NCBI RefSeq assembly: GCF_001194135.2
Contig: NC_068983.1
Coordinates: 16,174,635 to 16,212,872 of the forward strand
DNA from: Octopus bimaculoides
Lineage: Eukaryota
Length of the DNA stretch: 38,238 bases
Direction of reading: 5' to 3'
Shown: piece by piece, positions 36,501 to 38,238 of the stretch
Layout: every line of letters begins with the position of its first letter
Position numbering within the stretch: position 1 is the stretch's first letter
Notes under the pieces: model-generated
Database searches by the model: none
Seen by the model: only the letters and a program-made list of their open reading frames with translations
What the model was told of the DNA's origin: nothing
Made by a program: the position numbers and the translations under genes

Positions 36501-37111
36501 ATCCAATTGTTACTTTGCAAGTCACAACCATTAAGACTTTTCTTTTTTTTTTTTTAAATAAAATCATATTTTTTCCCCTTCCACACTTAAACATTAACAT
36601 CACAAACTGCATTCTTAATTGATGGTTCATTTTTTTTTTTTTTGTTGGTTTTAAAATTTTGAAAGAGTGAAAAAGGAGATAATTTTAATAGACAAAACTA
36701 CTGAGGAACAATCCAAACACTACATCAATTATTAATTTATATTCCAACAAACTGTTAGCTGGATCAGGAAAAGTTATTAATAACCCAACCAATTTAAACA
36801 TCTTATCATACTTCAAATCAACCCATTCCATTTGTTATATATATATATTTATCTACATACACAGATCCAATAGTTTCATAAATTTCAAACATTATGCAGT
36901 TTTACATTGCAGCTATTAATATATCAATTAGTATTCAGAAAGAAATTGTAAAAAATAAGGGAATTTCTTTTAAAATATCAACTACAGACCATTTTTTTTT
37001 TCGTTTTTGTTTTTCACAGCCATACCTAGAGTTTTTGTTGTTTTTTTTTTTATGAATAATTTTTCCTGCTTAAATCAAGTATAGATTTGACTCCCAGATT
37101 ATATAGTAATT

Positions 37112-37311
37112 CTACTGAAATATGCCAGGCTCAATTACTTGATCATCCTGCCAGCCTGGTTCATTAATATTTGTAATTAGGTGCCATATTGATGAATATG
37201 AATAATCCACTAAATATTTTAACCCATGTTCTTTAATGAAGCAATTGCATTTCTCTCTGCCTGATACAATTAATAAGGAGGACGACTGAACACAAAATTC
37301 ATTTACAGATT
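37112..37311 (-). CDS. Candidate terminal exon of an unidentified gene (ESVNEFCVQ...HGLKYLVDYSYSSIWHLITNINEPGWQDDQVIEPGIFQ*)
   Basis: Stop-free, non-repetitive frame of 66-80 codons, more GC-rich than its flanks. Possible acceptors give exon starts at 37311 (phase 1) or 37351 (phase 0). I recognise no homology. Confidence 0.3.
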
Positions 37312-37789
37312 CTATATGCAAATAGTGTATGTGTGTAACAATAAGAGAAACCTACAAGAAGGCTTCATCAATCAATTCATTTCATAAGACTTTAGATCAC
37401 TTTCTGATAACATTCAAAACAGTTTGTTTATTATATATGTTTGCATTCTAATGTGCATGTCTATATAGACATATATATAAATATATATATATATATACAT
37501 ACAGGCAAAAGATTGCACTTTTGAATTAATTTGTATACTGATGCACAAGTTCACTTTGTATCATCATAATTCCCTTTTAATGCTAGTCGCCTTGTCACAG
37601 ATTATCTACTTTAGTTTCAGTGTCAAAACTTTTATCTTTGTAGTTTTACATCAGAGACTTTGATAAGAGTGTTGATGATAAAACACGCAAGAACTAGTGT
37701 GCTCGATATTCTCACATTAATTACCTCTCTTGCAAACTAAGGTAGAACCTGCGCCTTGCCTTAGCTTTCAACTGGGGAAGTCTCAAAAT

Positions 37790-37864
37790 ACATATATATG
37801 CATACACATATATAAATACATATACATATATACATCTATATATACATATATATATATATACATC

Positions 37865-37904
<40 letters not shown>

Positions 37905-37948
37905 TTAATACATATATATATCTATATACACATATATAAACACATAAA

Positions 37949-37994
<46 letters not shown>

Positions 37995-38186
37995 CATATA
38001 AATATATATACACACATATATAGATATATATACATATATAAAAATATATGTATATACATATATAAATATATACACATATAAATATATATACACATTTGTA
38101 TACATAAATATATATACACATAGATATAAATATATATATAAATATACACACATATATGTAAATATATATACACATATATATTCACA

Positions 38187-38238
<52 letters not shown>
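37790..38238. repeat. Complex (TA)n/(CA)n low-complexity tract
   Basis: Seen directly. Shorter TA tracts at ~45-108, 20653-20692, 26681-26702, 26838-26875, 28727-28760, 29303-29357, 30914-30946 and 31607-31646. Confidence 0.95.

Overview
AT-rich, microsatellite- and repeat-dense animal genomic DNA with four N-gaps. The repeat families and gene structure suggest a coleoid cephalopod such as Octopus (inference). Two host genes lie head-to-head. PSMD10/gankyrin is complete on the + strand (6 coding exons, 9940-21475, 224 aa). The 5' part of a JmjC-family HSPBAP1-like gene is on the - strand (coding exons 4418-4634 and 2603-2808; the rest lies off the left edge). Between them is a ~3.3-kb IS630-Tc1-mariner element (~5929-9235) with ~650-bp terminal inverted repeats. 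It carries an uninterrupted, intron-split 343-aa DD34E transposase with a TATA box and poly(A) signal, and is the most notable object here. The remainder is tRNA-derived SINEs, RTE and CR1/L2-type LINE fragments, TTAA-flanked piggyBac-type MITEs, a 127-bp Tc1/mariner-type MITE, a 620-bp fold-back palindrome, a 31-bp minisatellite and simple repeats. There is one weak candidate exon near 37.2 kb. All alignments and identities were estimated by eye and no database search was run. I see no secure evidence for a wholly new biological system; the transposase cassette and the palindrome are the best leads.
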